Source: Eledone cirrhosa (lineage: Eukaryota). From it: a DNA stretch of 64,000 nt. Positions within the stretch are counted from its first letter, which is position 1. Every line of letters starts with the position of its first letter. Position numbers and translations under genes: made by a program. This document shows positions 27,364 through 41,589 of this stretch, piece by piece. The stretch is from contig OZ024762.1 in the NCBI GenBank assembly GCA_964016885.1, forward strand, positions 7,936,001 through 8,000,000, read 5' to 3'. The notes beneath the pieces were generated by a model. It did not search any database. It was not told where the DNA came from and worked only from the letters and a program-made list of their open reading frames with translations.

Positions 27364-29727
27364 ATATATTGTTGATGTCATAATATATTTTATCTATATG
27401 CATATACTTATACACACACGTATATATGTACAGATATATATGGCCTCTTCCTATACTCATTGCTGAGGATCAGAGACTATAGACAATTGAACAGATGCTC
27501 TCGGCTGGCTCCTCTCCTTAGCCACGACCCCATACACATTGCTGAGGGTAAGGGACCTGCTCTTCTTAGCCATGACCCCACCCTCATTGCTGAGGGTCAG
27601 GGACTGTAAACAATTGTACCAATACTTCCCACAGGCTACTCTCCGTACCCACGACCCCCATCATCATTGCTGAGGGTAAGCGACTGTAGACAATTGCACT
27701 AATGCTTCCCACAGATGCCTCTCCTTAGCCACGACCCCATCCTCATTGCTGAAGGTAAGGGACGATGGACAAATGCACCAATGCCCTCCACTGGGTTCCT
27801 CTACCTCTCCACAACCGTGCACCCAGCCAACGTTCATCTTGTCCAATCCCTGATATCATCCCTCCAGCATCTACTTGATCTTCTTCTTACATTGGTGTGT
27901 GTCTCTACAGGTGCAGAAGTTCTAGACCCTAATGACATAGCCAAAGCATTGTAGTAGTTTTAAATTCCTTATGGTCACCACCATCTGCCTCTCTGTTCCC
28001 ATCTACTCCAGCACCGGGTAATGGGTAAAGATCCCCTTCGGTCATAAATAACTATGGGGTTTACACCTAGAAATTTCCCTCCGAAGCACAAGTTCAGGCA
28101 AGATTGCAAGACCAGCAGTCACCCATGTATACCAGCCTCCCCTCTCCATGCCAGCGATGTTGTCCAAGGGAAAGGCAAAGGCCGATACAGCTAAACACCA
28201 GTGACGTTGTAACCCATTTCTACAGCTGAGTAAACTGGAACAGCATGAAATAAAGTGTCTTGCTTAAGAACACACCACAAAGCTTGGTCCATGAATCAAA
28301 CTCACAATTGTAAACCCAACACTCTAACCACTAAGCCATGCTCCAGCACCAACTCATTTATTTTATGATCTATCCAGCTGATGTGTAGTGTCCACTTGCC
28401 CAATGTCATCTCAAATAACATCGGTTTCTTAACAGTGTCCACTTTTAACAGCCAGACAGTGCCACTGGCCAAACTAGGGTCTTCAGGAGTTTCAACTTGC
28501 TCTTGTGGAAGGTGCAGTTTTTCCACTGGGTGTTGAGGGATCTAAATGCAGATCTTGTTTTGTCCCTAGCTCAGCTCTGACCTCAGGACTATCATTTGGT
28601 GTTTGATCTATGATGGTTGCAGTTTTTCAATGTGGTGTTGAGGGACCTAAATGCAGAACTTACTGTCCCCTAGCTCAGCACTATTATTCACTGTTTGATC
28701 TACACTGGTTCCCAAGTCCTTGAATGCCCAGTCACTGGTTCCCTAGTGCCTGCCATGACACATCTTCCTGGTGTTGATCTCAAGCAGTCTTTGGAATGTC
28801 TCCAGCAAAGTAAGATAGCCATTTAACAATCAGCTAATGATCTAACAGGAGACATCCCTGCCACACATTTCATCATCATCATCACCATTTTCCCATGCTT
28901 TCATGGATTAGATGAGACAAGTCAGGTCCACAGACCAACATACTCATATGGATCTGTACTTTAGCTTGGTTACTGCGGCTGGATGCCCTTCATAACACTA
29001 ACCACATTAGTGTGGACTGGGTACTTTTTATTGCAACTCCAGCACGACCACCTTACAAGGTGGACTGGATGTTTTTTGTTGTCCTCAACACAACCACCTT
29101 ACAGAGTGGACTGAGTGCTTTTGTTGTGACAAGAGATCAACATACAGAGTGGATTTAGTGCTTTTTGTCATGGCAACAGCATTGTGGGAGATCAGATGTA
29201 GAGTATGTCCAGCTTCCATGCATGGGTTGAGCTGACTATGGCAGAATTTGAACTCAGAATGTAAAAGAAGCATAATATTATACAAAATATCTGATTCTTT
29301 AACCATTATGCCAATCTACGACCCTAGAGATGATAAATAATTTTTTTCTAATATTGACACACCATCAATTTGATGGGAGGGAAAACTCAATATCGATTCC
29401 ACTACTTGTACTTTATTTTATTCAACCAAGTACAGTGGAGGCATGTGACCTAGTGGTAAGGGTGTTGGACTTACAATCATAATGCTGTGGGTTTGAATCC
29501 TGGTCTGGGTTGTGTGTTATGTTCTTGAGCAAAAACACTTCATTTCACATTGCTCCAGCAAACTCAGCTAAAAAATAAGTACCAGCAATAGCTGGGGATT
29601 TAACCCTGCGATGAACTAGCATCCAGCAGGAAGTCTTGTACCCTCAGACACTTCATGCCACCAGATCCGGGATAAGCAACAGCCTGATAAGCCTCCAGAC
29701 TTGAAACACTTTATTTTTTAGAAGTAA

Positions 29728-29943
29728 TTAACCCTTTAGCATTTAAACCAGCAGTATCCAGCCAGAATTTTCTCACCTCTTTCTGTTCAAACCAGCTGCT
29801 CATACTTATGTTAAGGTATTCTTCTCAAAACAAATAACATCAAAATCTCATAGATATATTTCGTGAAATAATTATATGAAATAAAGTGTTTACTGTGAAA
29901 ATACAATAGTAAATATAGAGTAATGTAAATGCTAAAGGGTTAA
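29728..29943. mobile_element. piggyBac-type MITE. Same-orientation partial copies at ~7740-7882, ~11228-11360, ~14986-15211
   Basis: TTAA flanks and CCCTTTAGCATTTA TIRs, with the shared internal sequence. Confidence 0.85.
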
Positions 29944-30077
29944 GTCATACTTTACTTTATCAACCACAGATGGAAGAAAAGCTAAGTTGATCTGGCCAGT
30001 ATTTTCTCCTGCACACAACATTTGGTTCTTATGCAGTTCAGCCATGCTTTGTCATTCATACATATTAACATTGTACA

Positions 30078-30780
30078 TCCATCGAAGCATTCTTGCTTCA
30101 TTTCTCTCCAGCCTTCACATATCTTCTGCAATCCATCGAAGCATGCTTGCTTCATTTCTCTCCAGCCTTCACATATCTTCTGCAATCCATCGAAGCATTC
30201 TTGCTTCATTTCTCTCCAGCCTTCACATATCTTCTGCAATCCATTGAAACATGCTTGCTTCATTTCTCTCCAGCCTTCACATATCTTCTGCAATCCATTG
30301 AAACATGCTTGCTTCATTTCTCCCCAGCCTTCACATATCTTCTGCAATCCATCGAAGCATTCTTGCTTCATTTCTCTCCAGCCTTCACATATCTTCTGCA
30401 ATCCATTGAAACATGCTTGCTTCATTTCTCTCCAGCCTTCACATATCTTCTGCAATCCATTGAAACATGCTTGCTTCATTTCTCCCCAGCCTTCACATAT
30501 CTTCTGCAATCCATTGAAACATGCTTGCTTCATTTCTCTCCAGCCTTCACATATCTTCTGCAATCCATCGAAGCATTCTTGCTTCATTTCTCTCCAGCCT
30601 TCACATATCTTCTGCAATCCATCGAAGCATTCTTGCTTCATTTCTCTCCAGCCTTCACATATCTTCTGCAATCCATCGAAGCATTCTTGCTTCATTTCTC
30701 CCCAGCCTTCACATATCTTCTGCAATCCATTGAAGCATGCTTGCTTCATTTCTCTCCAGCTTTTGCATCTCCTCTGCAAT
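30078..30780. repeat. 54-bp minisatellite x 13, amplified from inside an RTE LINE fragment
   Basis: ccatcgaagcattcttgcttcatttctctccagccttcacatatcttctgcaat. Both flanks continue as minus-strand RTE sequence. Confidence 0.95.
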
Positions 30781-32134
30781 CATTGCCCATGTCTCACTAT
30801 CAGACAATATCACATACAAGCATCATATAGCCAGCCTTTTACTGTCAACAAACGTATATAGCTCCCTAAACTTTATCCATCATGTTCTTATTCTAGCTAC
30901 CCTCCTCCACAGCTAATTATATCACCTTGGTAGTAGGTGCTATCACCACAACCTTTGTCACCAGAGGTAGTAACTGACTGAGCAGTGCTCTCCTGAAACA
31001 GGACACCTCACACAGAACAATCTCTGCACTCTAAGTTCCAATCCTGCTGAGGTTGAATTTGCCTTTCATCCATCTGAGGACAATAAAAGAAGTACCTGTC
31101 CAGTACTGGGGTCGATAAAAGAAGTACCAGTCCACTACTTGTGTTGATTCTTCCTTTATATCACACTCTGTCCTACTCTGGAAGAAATCAATGTTTAGAG
31201 CTGAAGGTGGTGGGCTCAGCCAAGTTTAAACATGCCTTAGAAACTCTGTATGTCACTATTGTGCCCCTAAGAGTTCACAAGGAGTTATGGGTCTACACAA
31301 ACATATTTCCATCTCATCTTTAGATGGAATGGCATAATTCTAACTGTATCCTTCCTGATACAAAACAGTAGTTTGTTGTTACAACTCATACCAATGTAGG
31401 TTTGGTTAGCCTTCTACAAGGTAGTGTAATTTACGAGGTTTCTCAGGTATTTTAACGATAGGGAACATCAGTCCTAATATGTTGTTACAACTCACACCTA
31501 TGAGGTTATATCTCATAGGAGTTTTCTTGGGTATTTTAATAATAGGGGCCCCAGTCCTATTATAAATATTATGAAAAGACAACCCTCTGAACCAGATACC
31601 TTTCTATTGTAGGAGTTAACCCCTAGCTACTAATACTTTCTTCTTTTTCTCTCTGGCCAATTTGACTAGAGCAATGTGAAATGAAGAATCTTGCTCAATG
31701 ACACAATGTGGTGCCTGATTAAGGAATTAAACCCACAGCCTTATGATCGTTAGTCAAACACCCTAATTACTAGACCACACACCTACCGTCACTAGCTTTT
31801 AGGGAGTTGTATGTGGACTGATTGTGTAGAAGCTCTCTTTCCAGTTCAATTGAGAATGCTGTGTATCCAGGTGAGGAAAGATGATTCACATTTGTAAAAT
31901 GTAAACTAATTCTAATTCATGGTTGAACCAGCCAACTGTAACGTTCCAGCCCACCACAAAATCACAAACAAAACCAAGGTGTATGAAACATCTCTCTGCA
32001 AATGCTGAGTTGTTGTAACATTTTAACTTCTACATTGACTAGTCAAGTGTATCCATGTGTGATGTAAAACTGATTTAATCCTTTTGATACCAAAAACTAG
32101 TGGAGGTATGTGGCCTAATGGTTTAGGTATTGGA

Positions 32135-32480
32135 TGGAGGCATGTGGCTTAGTGGTTAGAGCATTGGCCTTGCAATCGAAAGGTTGTGAGTTCAATTCTC
32201 AGACCGGGTGATGTGTTGTTTCTTTGAGCAAGACACTTTATTTCACATTGCTCCAGTTTACTCAGCTGTAGAAATGAGATGATAGGGACTGGGGTCCATA
32301 TCATTCCACTGCAAAGTGGTCGTGGAGGTGCCACGGCAAAAAAGCACCCAGCACTCACTGTAAATGAGGTTGGTGTTAGCAAGGGCATCCAGCTGTAGAA
32401 ATCAAGCCAGCATCAATTCCCGTCCCACCCTTGCAAGCAGGGAAAAAGCGGATGTAAAATGAAATGATGATGAATGATGA
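32135..32480 (+). mobile_element. Composite tRNA-derived SINE with RTE-derived tail. Copies at ~444-611, ~9921-10237, ~13161-13468(-); 3' part at ~3561-3738
   Basis: A box TGGCTTAGTGG, B box GAGTTCAATTC, central ccttgagcaagacactttatttcacattgctccag, and a tail shared with the RTE at 45131. Confidence 0.85.
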
Positions 32481-33135
32481 TATACGATCATAATGTTGAG
32501 GGTTCAATTCCTGGGCTGTGTTGTGTTCTTGAGTAAAGCACTTTATTTCACATTGCTCCAGTATACCCAGCAGAAAATGAGTACCAGCAATAGCTGGGGG
32601 TTTAACCCTGTGATGGACTGGTGTCCTATCTAGAGGGGAGTCTTGTACTCTTGGTCACCTAATGCCATGGAAACCAGAATAAATACCAGCCTGACAAGCC
32701 TTCAAGTTCGAGACAAACTTTAGATACCAAGAACCAACTAAAGCCATCATGGATTTATAGTATAAAACTCCCCATTTTAAAATATTTATCCTTTTATTAA
32801 AACTTTCCATCTTAATTTCATTTTATAATTTTTTCTTAATTGTTGTTCTAAATATCAACTTACTAATGAAAAACTTCATCATCATCATCATCATCATCAT
32901 CATTTAACGTTCATTTTCCACACTAGCATGGGTTAGACAGGTTGTCCCATTTGAGGCAAGTTGGGTCAGGTGACCGACTGTGTCTTGCTCATATAGAAAT
33001 GTTTCTGGCCAGATTTCTACACCTGGATGCCCTTCTTAATGCCAACCACATTTACAGTGTGTGCTAGGTGCTTTTCATCATGACACCTACATGACCACAA
33101 TACTGTGTGGGCTGGGTGTGTTTCTGATAGTTTCT

Positions 33136-33565
33136 TCCCTCTCACATCTCACCTATGGAACTCTCTTCCAGTTTCTTCCCTCTCACACCTCACCTATGGA
33201 ACTCTCTTCCAGTTTCTCCCCTCTCACACCTCACCTATGGAATTCTTCCAGTTTCTTGCTTTCCTAACCACTACAATTTGCAAAAATTCAAAAGCAACAT
33301 CAATTGTTATCTTTCTCCCTCCTTGAGTTATGTTCTGTTTTGTCTTTCTCCCTTCTCAGTAACCTCTTGCATTTTAGTGGCCTTGCTTGGGGTGTAACCC
33401 CTTGCATTTTAGTGGCTTTATTGCCTTAGTTGGAGTGTAACCCCTTGCATTTTAGTGGCTCTAATGCCTAGCTTTAGGTGTAACCCCTTGTATTTTAGTG
33501 GCTTTATTGCCTTAGTTGGGGGTGTAACCCCTGGCATTTTAGCAGCTTTATTGATTTGCTTGGGG
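33136..33565. repeat. Two short minisatellites (~41 bp x3 at 33136-33250; ~43 bp x5 at 33360-33565)
   Basis: ccctctcacacctcacctatggaactctcttccagtttct and gtgtaaccccttgcattttagtggctttattgccttagttgg. Confidence 0.85.
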
Positions 33566-33889
33566 TGAGCAAAAAGAAAACAACAACAAAAACATCACAT
33601 TTTGTCCACCACCACCATTTTATGTTTGTTTCTCCATGTCTGGCTCATTAATTTATCTACTGTGCTTCTTTGTTATCATTTCTGTGAGGTTCGATGTTTT
33701 GAGATCCACCTCTACTGCAGCTTTCTTCCACTGGGAACTCTCGCAACTTCTTCAACCAACTGTGACCAACCCATGTGCATCACATGTCCATAACATTGCA
33801 GTCTATTCTGTTGCACGCTACATTGTATTTTGGCAGCTTCTAGCATTCAAGTGAGACAGGCAGACCAGAAAGTCAGTACAGTCATTCTG

Positions 33890-33891
33890 AT

Positions 33892-33923
<32 letters not shown>

Positions 33924-34350
33924 GGTGGTGGTAGTAATAGTAGTTGTAGTACTAGTAGTGGTGGTGGTGGTGGTAGTAGTAGTAGTAGTTGTAGTAGCGG
34001 TAGTAAGTGCAGTAACAGTGATAGTAGTAATAGCAGCAGTAGTAGTCTTAGTAGTAAAAAATGGTAGAAGTTGTGGTAGTAATTGTAGTAGCAGTAATAG
34101 TAGTAATAATAACAGTAGTAGTAGTAGTAACAGCAGTAGAAGTTGTGGTAGTAATTGTAGTAGCACTAATAGTAATAATAATAACAGCAGCAGCAGTACT
34201 AGTAGTAGTAACAGTAATAGAGTTGTGGTAGTAATTGTAGTAGTAGTAGTAGTAATAACAGCAGCAGTAGTAGTAATAACAACAGTAGCAGCAATAATAG
34301 TAGTTGTATTAGCAGCAGCAGCAGTAGTAGTAGTAGCAGCAGCAGTCGTC
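33890..34350. repeat. (TAG/TGG/CAG)n low-complexity tract
   Basis: Trinucleotide mosaic that produces the polyT/polyV ORFs in the track. Confidence 0.9.
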
Positions 34351-35228
34351 GTCATATATCTGTACTTTGAAGTCCCAAATGAACTTAACATGACCTTGAG
34401 CAAGATATGTTAAGTTTTCTCCTATTTTACCACTCTCACTAATCACAAGTTCTGCTGTTGTTGGTTCATCTGGTTCATTCATCTCCATTTGTATAACAGG
34501 GAAGTAATATGTGTGCTCAAGGAAGTAATATGTGTGCTTTGCTGGCCTCAGCACGGCCAATATCTTAGCAGTTTGGTAAATGAAAATTGTGTAAAAGTCC
34601 ATTGAAAGTGCTGGTGATTTACATGATAAACACACCCAGTACATGCTGTAAAGTGGTTGGTGATAGGAAGGGCATCCTGCCATAGCAAGCTTGCATGAAA
34701 AAGGGTTAGGAAGACCCTTCAGCGTAAACACACCTAGTACATGCTGTAAAGTGGATGTTGTTAGGAAAGGCATCCAGCCATAGAAAACCTGCCAAACAAA
34801 GGGTTCAGTGCACCCTTTAGTTGTGTCAAGGACTTGACAGCCTCCCTAATGTTGGTGATCTACACGATAAACACACTCAGTACATACTGTAAAGTGGTTG
34901 TTGTTAGGAAGGGCATCCAGCAAAAGAAAGCATAATTATTAGGGCATAGGAGGTTTCTTGGAGGTTTTAATTATTAGGGGCCCAGGAGGTATCTTGGCAG
35001 TTTTGATTATTAGGTTTCTTGGAGGTTTCAATTATTAGCCAAAGTCCTATCATGAAAGTCAACATGAATTGAAGTACTTGTTCAAGAAAGGACACACTGC
35101 ACTGCCTGGTCCAGGAATCCAACCCATAACTATATAACCATCAGTTAAACACCATAACCACTAGGCCACACACATTCACAATGGATAGATAGCAATCTAT
35201 GAAGATATAAGACTGTATTGGTACTTAC

Positions 35229-35335
35229 CATCCTGCAAATGTTGCTTTATATTTGGTACATCACTAGTGTGGCATAAGTCTTGGAGTCGACGTCCAACAA
35301 GGTCTGAGAATTTGTTATGGCTTCCTGAGATTTGA
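35229..35335 (-). CDS. NCOA: NCOA/SRC exon: PAS-B
   Basis: ttatatttctag|T...GATG|gtaagt, 107 nt. Phases 2/1 match both neighbours. Encodes (S)QISGSHNKFSDLVGRRLQDLCHTSDVPNIKQHLQD. Confidence 0.92.
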
Positions 35336-38300
35336 CTAGAAATATAAAAACAAAAAAGGGAAAAAAAAAGAAAAGAATAAATCAACCATAATAATATGCC
35401 ATGTGTGTTTGTATATATATTTATATATCCAATAGGTGGCGAATTGGCAGAGTCATTAAGACGTTGGATAGAATGCTTTACGGTATTCATCCCACCTCAT
35501 TGCACGCTCTGAGTTCAAATCCTGTGCAGGGGGCAACTTTGCCTTTCATCCTTTCGAGGTCAATAAAAAAAGTACCAGTCCAGTACTGGGGTCGATTCTT
35601 CCTCTATAGAAAAAAATGAGCTGTGTTCAGACCTGGAGAGGGTTTAAAAGTGCCCTAGACATGCCGTATGACAGAGCCTCTACAACTCCACTAGGAGTTA
35701 TCAAAGTTATGACAACCTCTCTAGTTATGGTGATTTACATGATAAATGCATCCAGTACATGCAGTAAAGTGGTTGGTGATAGGAAGTGCATCCAACCATA
35801 GAAATCTTGCCAAACAAAGGGTTGGGAGGACCCTTAGTTGTGTCAAAGGCATGACAACCTCTCCTGAACACTCGATGAAATGTGAGACCGTATATATAAG
35901 CACACAGATCCCTGACTTGCCTGAGAAATCAGTGGTCCCACTTCAGTGCTGACTTGGTCTGATATACCAATCCTACACTCCAGAAAAATTAAATACATTC
36001 AACACTACTGCTGCCCTTATTGATGGCACTGGTTCACTAATATAAAATTAAATAATTTATACAATAAGTAAATCTATTTTCCCATTGGGTTACTGAGGTA
36101 CAACTACAGCTACCTCATCCTGAAACAGGGCTCTCAAATATGCAGCCCACAAACTACTTTTCACTTCAAGATCAGAACTGAAAATTAGAAATATGGATCC
36201 AATTTTAAATACATTGATAAAAAAAAAAATTAAAATATCCATGGTTAATAAGATAAGTGAACTAACACTATATTGGCCTGTTTCAAAGATCAGTGTAGGA
36301 GGGGTGACTGGGATTATAGAAAACTCACACAACAAAACATGAAATTTGTTTTGTTTCATAACATAAAAAGGGGTAGATTTGACATTTTGCTTTTGTTTTC
36401 TCCCATTTTAATAATATTTATAGTAGATCATCATTTTATGTCTGTTGTTCCACACTTGCATATGTCAAGATGGGGGGTGGGGGGTGCTCAGTACAGCATC
36501 TCTTCACTTGCGTTCCTTTGTCATCTCCTCCATAAACTTTAGTGATCTGAGATCAGCTCTCACCACTTCCATCCAGGTCTTCCCCTCAATGGCCTCCTTC
36601 TACATGGATTACTTGACACTTTTTCACTCGCCGACCATTAACCTTGCGTATCACATGTCCATACCAATAGTCACCTCTCCTGCACATTACATTTGATTCC
36701 TCATACATCCAGTTTCTCCTTTAGTTCATCGATGATTTGTTGTTCACACACATTAACATTACATCTCCATTGAAACATGCTTGCCTTATATTTCTCTCCA
36801 ACCTCCACATGTCCTCTACGTTCACTGCCCATGTCTCACTACAATCTATTGCAATTTACAAATGAAATACATTAACCCTTTAGTATTTACATTACTCCAT
36901 ATTTCCTATTATATTTTCACAGTAAAGGCTTTACCCCACATAATTATCTTACATAATATTGAATCTATGAGATATTGATGATTATATTATTTATTTTGAC
37001 AACAATATCCTAACATCCGTATGAGTGGCTGGTTTGAACAGAAAGAAGTGAGAGAATTCTCCCCGGATATGGCTGGTTTAAATGCTAAAAGGTTAAATGG
37101 AATAAAATGGAATTCATCAAAAGTGAAAACAGAAAAAAAGGAAATTTACCCAAAGTAAAAACGGAATTAAGGAAATTCTAAAATGGGAAATTTGCACCCC
37201 TACATTTTTTACTAATTCACATCCTTTTTACTATCATATGTATTTTGATTTTGATGAAAATCAATAAATAAACAACAGCCTATCAGCTGTATTGTAGATT
37301 AGTATTATAGCTGGTGGAAATCGTGCCAGCCCACACTTCCTCATCTCACTTTTGGCTCACTGTGCCTCTTCTCTAGGGCATAATGGCCCTTTTGAGTCCT
37401 TGAATTTGAAGCCCTTAATCTAAAGTATAGACTTTCTGCAGGAAGTAAGCCTAGTATTAAACATTAACCCTTTATCATTTACATTACTCTATAACTGTAT
37501 CTTCACAATTGAATCTATGAAATTTCGATGATGATATTATTTATTTTGAGAACAATACCTTAACGTCTGTATGAGTGGCCGGTTATGGCTGGTTTGAACA
37601 GAAAGATGTGAGAGAATTCTGGCCGGATACAGCTGATTTAAATGCTAAAGGGTTAATAAAACAATCATTAATTTTCTAGTGCTCCCACTGTTTACAATGA
37701 TATATCACCCCACCGTGTGACATGTATTAACAGCCAGGTAGCAGTGGTACATGTTGATCCATTGACCCCTACCAGTAGGTTATCCATTAACATCCCATTT
37801 CCAATGCTTACATTGGTTAGACGAGTCATCGTCAGTACAGCTTATCTCCCTCCAATTGTTTCTCCTTTGTAAAAGTTCTCTGTTCTGAGACTGGCTTTCA
37901 ACATGTCTTCCTTGGTCTTCCTCTGTTGCTACTTCCTTCCACTTAGAACTCAGCAGCCATCATCCATGTGTATCACATATCCATATCAGTGCAATCTTCT
38001 CTCCTGTATGCTACATATCATCCCTCTTATACCAGGGAGGGTTGTATGCGAAGAGTCCTCAAACACTCCTTCCAGAGGGTCCTGCCAGAAACAACCATCT
38101 CTAATTGATCTTGTTGGATTATTAAGTAAGACCAGACGAGCTTATAGATGTTATCCAACCATCTTGCTTGAAGTCTGGCTCTCTGTCTCCTGCCAACTGG
38201 TTTTGCCCGTAAGATCTGGCTAGCAATTCTTTCCTGAGACATTCTAACCACATGGCCATAGTATTGGAGCTGTGATCTCTCAATTCGGAGAAGTAGTGGC

Positions 38301-38479
38301 ACTACCTGGAGCAACTCACTAATCGCCAAGCTACGCACTCTATTCAGTAACATTACTCCAAAGACTCTTTGGAGGAACCGCATTTTGGTCGCTTGTCGTC
38401 GCGATTGTATTCCTATTAGGAGCCTAGAAGGTTTCTTGGAGATTTTATTTATCAGAAGCCTAGGGTGGTTTCATTATTA

Positions 38480-38673
38480 GGGCGGTGGATTGGCAGTATC
38501 GGTAGAGAGTCTGACGCCATGCTTTGCAGCAAAGAGTTACGGCCCTTTATGGTCTGAGTTCAAATCCCGCCGAGGTTCACTTTGCCTTTCATCCTTACGG
38601 GGTCGATAAAATAAAGTACCAGTAATACACTGGGATAATTGCTGGCCTTGTGCCCAAAGTAGAAACAATTATT
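38480..38673 (+). mobile_element. Second tRNA-derived SINE family. Copies at ~5278-5472(-), ~35434-35600, ~43275-43495(-), ~43516-43735(-), ~51730-52060(-), ~58260-58630(-)
   Basis: TGGCAGtatcggt A box, GAGTTCAAATCC B box, core gcctttcatccttacggggtcgataaaataaagtaccagt, and (ATT)n-like end. Confidence 0.8.
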
Positions 38674-38874
38674 AGGAGCTTTGGAGGTTTTAAATACGAG
38701 AGGCCTAGGAAGTTTCTTGAAGATTTTAATTATTTAAGGCCTAGGAGGTATTCGCAATCGTATTCTTGCAGTCATTACCTAAGGGTCATACCTGTCCTGT
38801 ATATCAACAAAGTCCACCTTCACCAGCGACAACAACATTAAACATGAATTAAACATGACAATATTTGTCCTTAC

Positions 38875-38998
38875 CTTCCATCGCAGGCAATAATTTTTCC
38901 ATTTAAATCCTGTTTTGTAGTAAATTTTTTCATGGTTGCATTCGTCTTATCATGTGTTTTATCCCGCCTAGCTATACAAAGTAAGCAAGACTGTCGCT
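38875..38998 (-). CDS. NCOA: NCOA/SRC exon: PAS-A end / PAS-B start
   Basis: cattttcttcag|AG...GGAAG|gtaag, 124 nt. Encodes (E)RQSCLLCIARRDKTHDKTNATMKKFTTKQDLNGKIIACDG, the diagnostic p160 motif 'QSCLICVARR...FTTRQDLQGKI'. Confidence 0.95.
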
Positions 38999-39429
38999 CT
39001 GAAGAAAATGAAAAGAAAAAGGACACATTTAACCCTTTAGCATTTAATTACTCTATATATATAATTATTTTTCAAGGTAAAGGCTTTACCTCACATAATA
39101 TCAAATCTATGAGATTTTGATATTATTTATGCTGAGTACAATACCTTAACATCAGTATGGGCAACCAGTTATGGCCAGTTTGAACAGAAAGAGGTGAGTG
39201 AATTCTGGATGGATACAGCTAGTTTAAATGCTAAAGAGTTAAAACAGGATATCATCAACTCCACCACTGGTTGGGTTGGACAGGCTGTCACATTGTGAGG
39301 TCAGGCAGGTCTGGTGACCACGGCTTGCTCATACAATGTTTTTGGGGGCTTAGTTTTCTATAGCTGGATGCCCTGTCTAACACCAGTGTGTACTTAGAGC
39401 ATTTTTCTTGGCACCACCACTAATTGAAG

Positions 39430-40005
39430 GGTGTTTTTTGTTGTGACACCAGTACTATCACCTTACGATGTGGACTGGGTGCTTTTTGTTGTGGCACCAA
39501 TACTACCACCTTTCAAGGCGGACTGGGTAAATTCTGTTGTGGCACCACCACTACCACCTTTCGAGGTGGACTGGGCGGTTTTGTCATGGCACCGTACTAC
39601 CACCTTTCGAGGTGGATTGAGTGGTTTTGTCATGGCACCAGTACTACCACCTTTCGAGGTGGACTGGGTGGTTTTGTCATGGCACCTTACTACCACCTTT
39701 CAGGGTGGACTGAGTGGTTTTGTCATGGCACCAGTACTACCACCTTTCAGGGTGGACTGGGTGGTTTTGTCATGGCACCAGTACTACCACCTTTCAGGGT
39801 GGACTGGGTGGTTTTGTCATGGCACCAGTACTACCACCTTTCAGGGTGGACTGGGTGGTTTTGTCATGGCACCAGTACCACCACCTTTCAGGGTGGACTG
39901 GGTGGTTTTGTCATGGCACCAGTACTACCACCAGGCAGAGTGGACTAGATGCTTTTGTCATGGCACCAACACTACCAGCCAGCAAAGTGGACTGGGTGCT
40001 TTTTG
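39430..40005. repeat. 44-48-bp SINE-derived minisatellite x ~12
   Basis: ttttgtcatggcaccagtactaccacctttcagggtggactgggtgg, reverse-complement related to the 18295 and 50996 units. Confidence 0.92.
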
Positions 40006-41589
40006 GAACCCCTGTTAAAAGAGTTGATGAACTCCTGAGTCAACGGCCCACCAATCTGCAATTGATCAAGCGTGGTGAGTACAGCTACACCCCCGACATG
40101 ACCAAAACCAAACAGAAAGCAGTGGTAAGTCAACCAGAGAGGGGTTCCTTCAATAGGAGGGATAAGTCCCTGCATTGGATATATATATTGCTGAGTATAT
40201 CCCAGTTTTTAGAATAGGTACACTATATCTCTACATGTTGTAAGATGGTACTAAAAGGGTCAGTGTTAAAGGCACCCAGCTGTAAAACAGTGTCTGAAAA
40301 CATCCTGTTTAAAACATGCCAGCATGGAAAAACGGTTGCAAAAGATGATGATGATGATGATGATGATGATATATATCATCATCATCATCATCACTGTTTT
40401 ATGTCTACTCTTCCAAGCTTGCATGGGTTGTACAGGTCCTTTTCATCACAGCATCCCTCCACTCAACGTGGTCATTTGCCATCTCTGTGAGCTTCAGTGA
40501 TTTGATATCACCTCTCACAACCTCTACCCAGGTCTTCCTCTACTACAGCTTCCTTCTACTTCTTCACCCAATGATCACCATCCATATGCATCACATATCC
40601 CCACACCAGTGTATTTACTCTCCTGCACACTACATGTGATTCCTCTTATACCCAGCTTTTTTCTCAACTCATCCATCAAAGCATGCTCACATTCATTTCT
40701 CTCTAGCCTTCGTATATGTTTTGCATTCATTGCCCATTCTTCACTATCATGCAACTTTGCTCACAGACAACATACAACCAACCTTTTGATCATAGAGAGA
40801 AACCTTTTTCTATACTGTTCTTATAGTAGCTACTATGCCCTCAGAACACTCTCCTCTACTGCTAATTAGATAACATAAGTAGCAGAAGCTATCAACTACT
40901 TCTATGGATCCTTCCTGTGATTTGGAAATGTATATTTTACTAATACTCCTACTACTAACCATCGCTGTACATCTGCTACATATAAAGTTTACTTTTTCTA
41001 GTCGGCTTAGTATTCCACAACACCCCCTGTACCCAATATTTACATTGTATACATTATATATCAATCAAGACCACTTTCCTGAAGTGACCAGGGTCCTGTC
41101 TTTCCTACATACAAAAACTTTTGTTTTTCCCAAGTTTACTTTAACCCTTTAGCATTCACATTACTCTACATATACTATTATATTTTCATGGTAAATGCTT
41201 TACTTCACATAATTATCTCACGTAATATCGAATCTATGAGATTTTGAAACTATTTATTTTGAGAACAATACCTTAACATCAGTTTGAACAACCAGTTACA
41301 ACCAGTTTCAACAGAAAGAGGTAGAGAATTCTGGCCGGTTTGAACATTAAAGGGTTAAGACCCTTTGATTCTAATTTTGGTTTTCAAAGCCAGGATTTCT
41401 TCTCTGGCTCTTCCACAGATTTGGCTATAGGGAAGAAGGTCAGCAGCCTACAGAAGTTGCCATGGACAACCAGAGAGATGCATGTGTTTTGTAGAGACAT
41501 TGCTGGAAAGCTAAACAACAACTCATTAGTGATTGAACACCTTGATACAGATATTGGCCAGACGTCAGCTTGCTGACCCACAAATGTTG

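Noticed and set aside
29982-30861. Long repeat ORFs on both strands as a repeat protein gene
   Set aside because: Product of a 54-bp (3n) tandem array derived from a LINE; no supported start or splice context.
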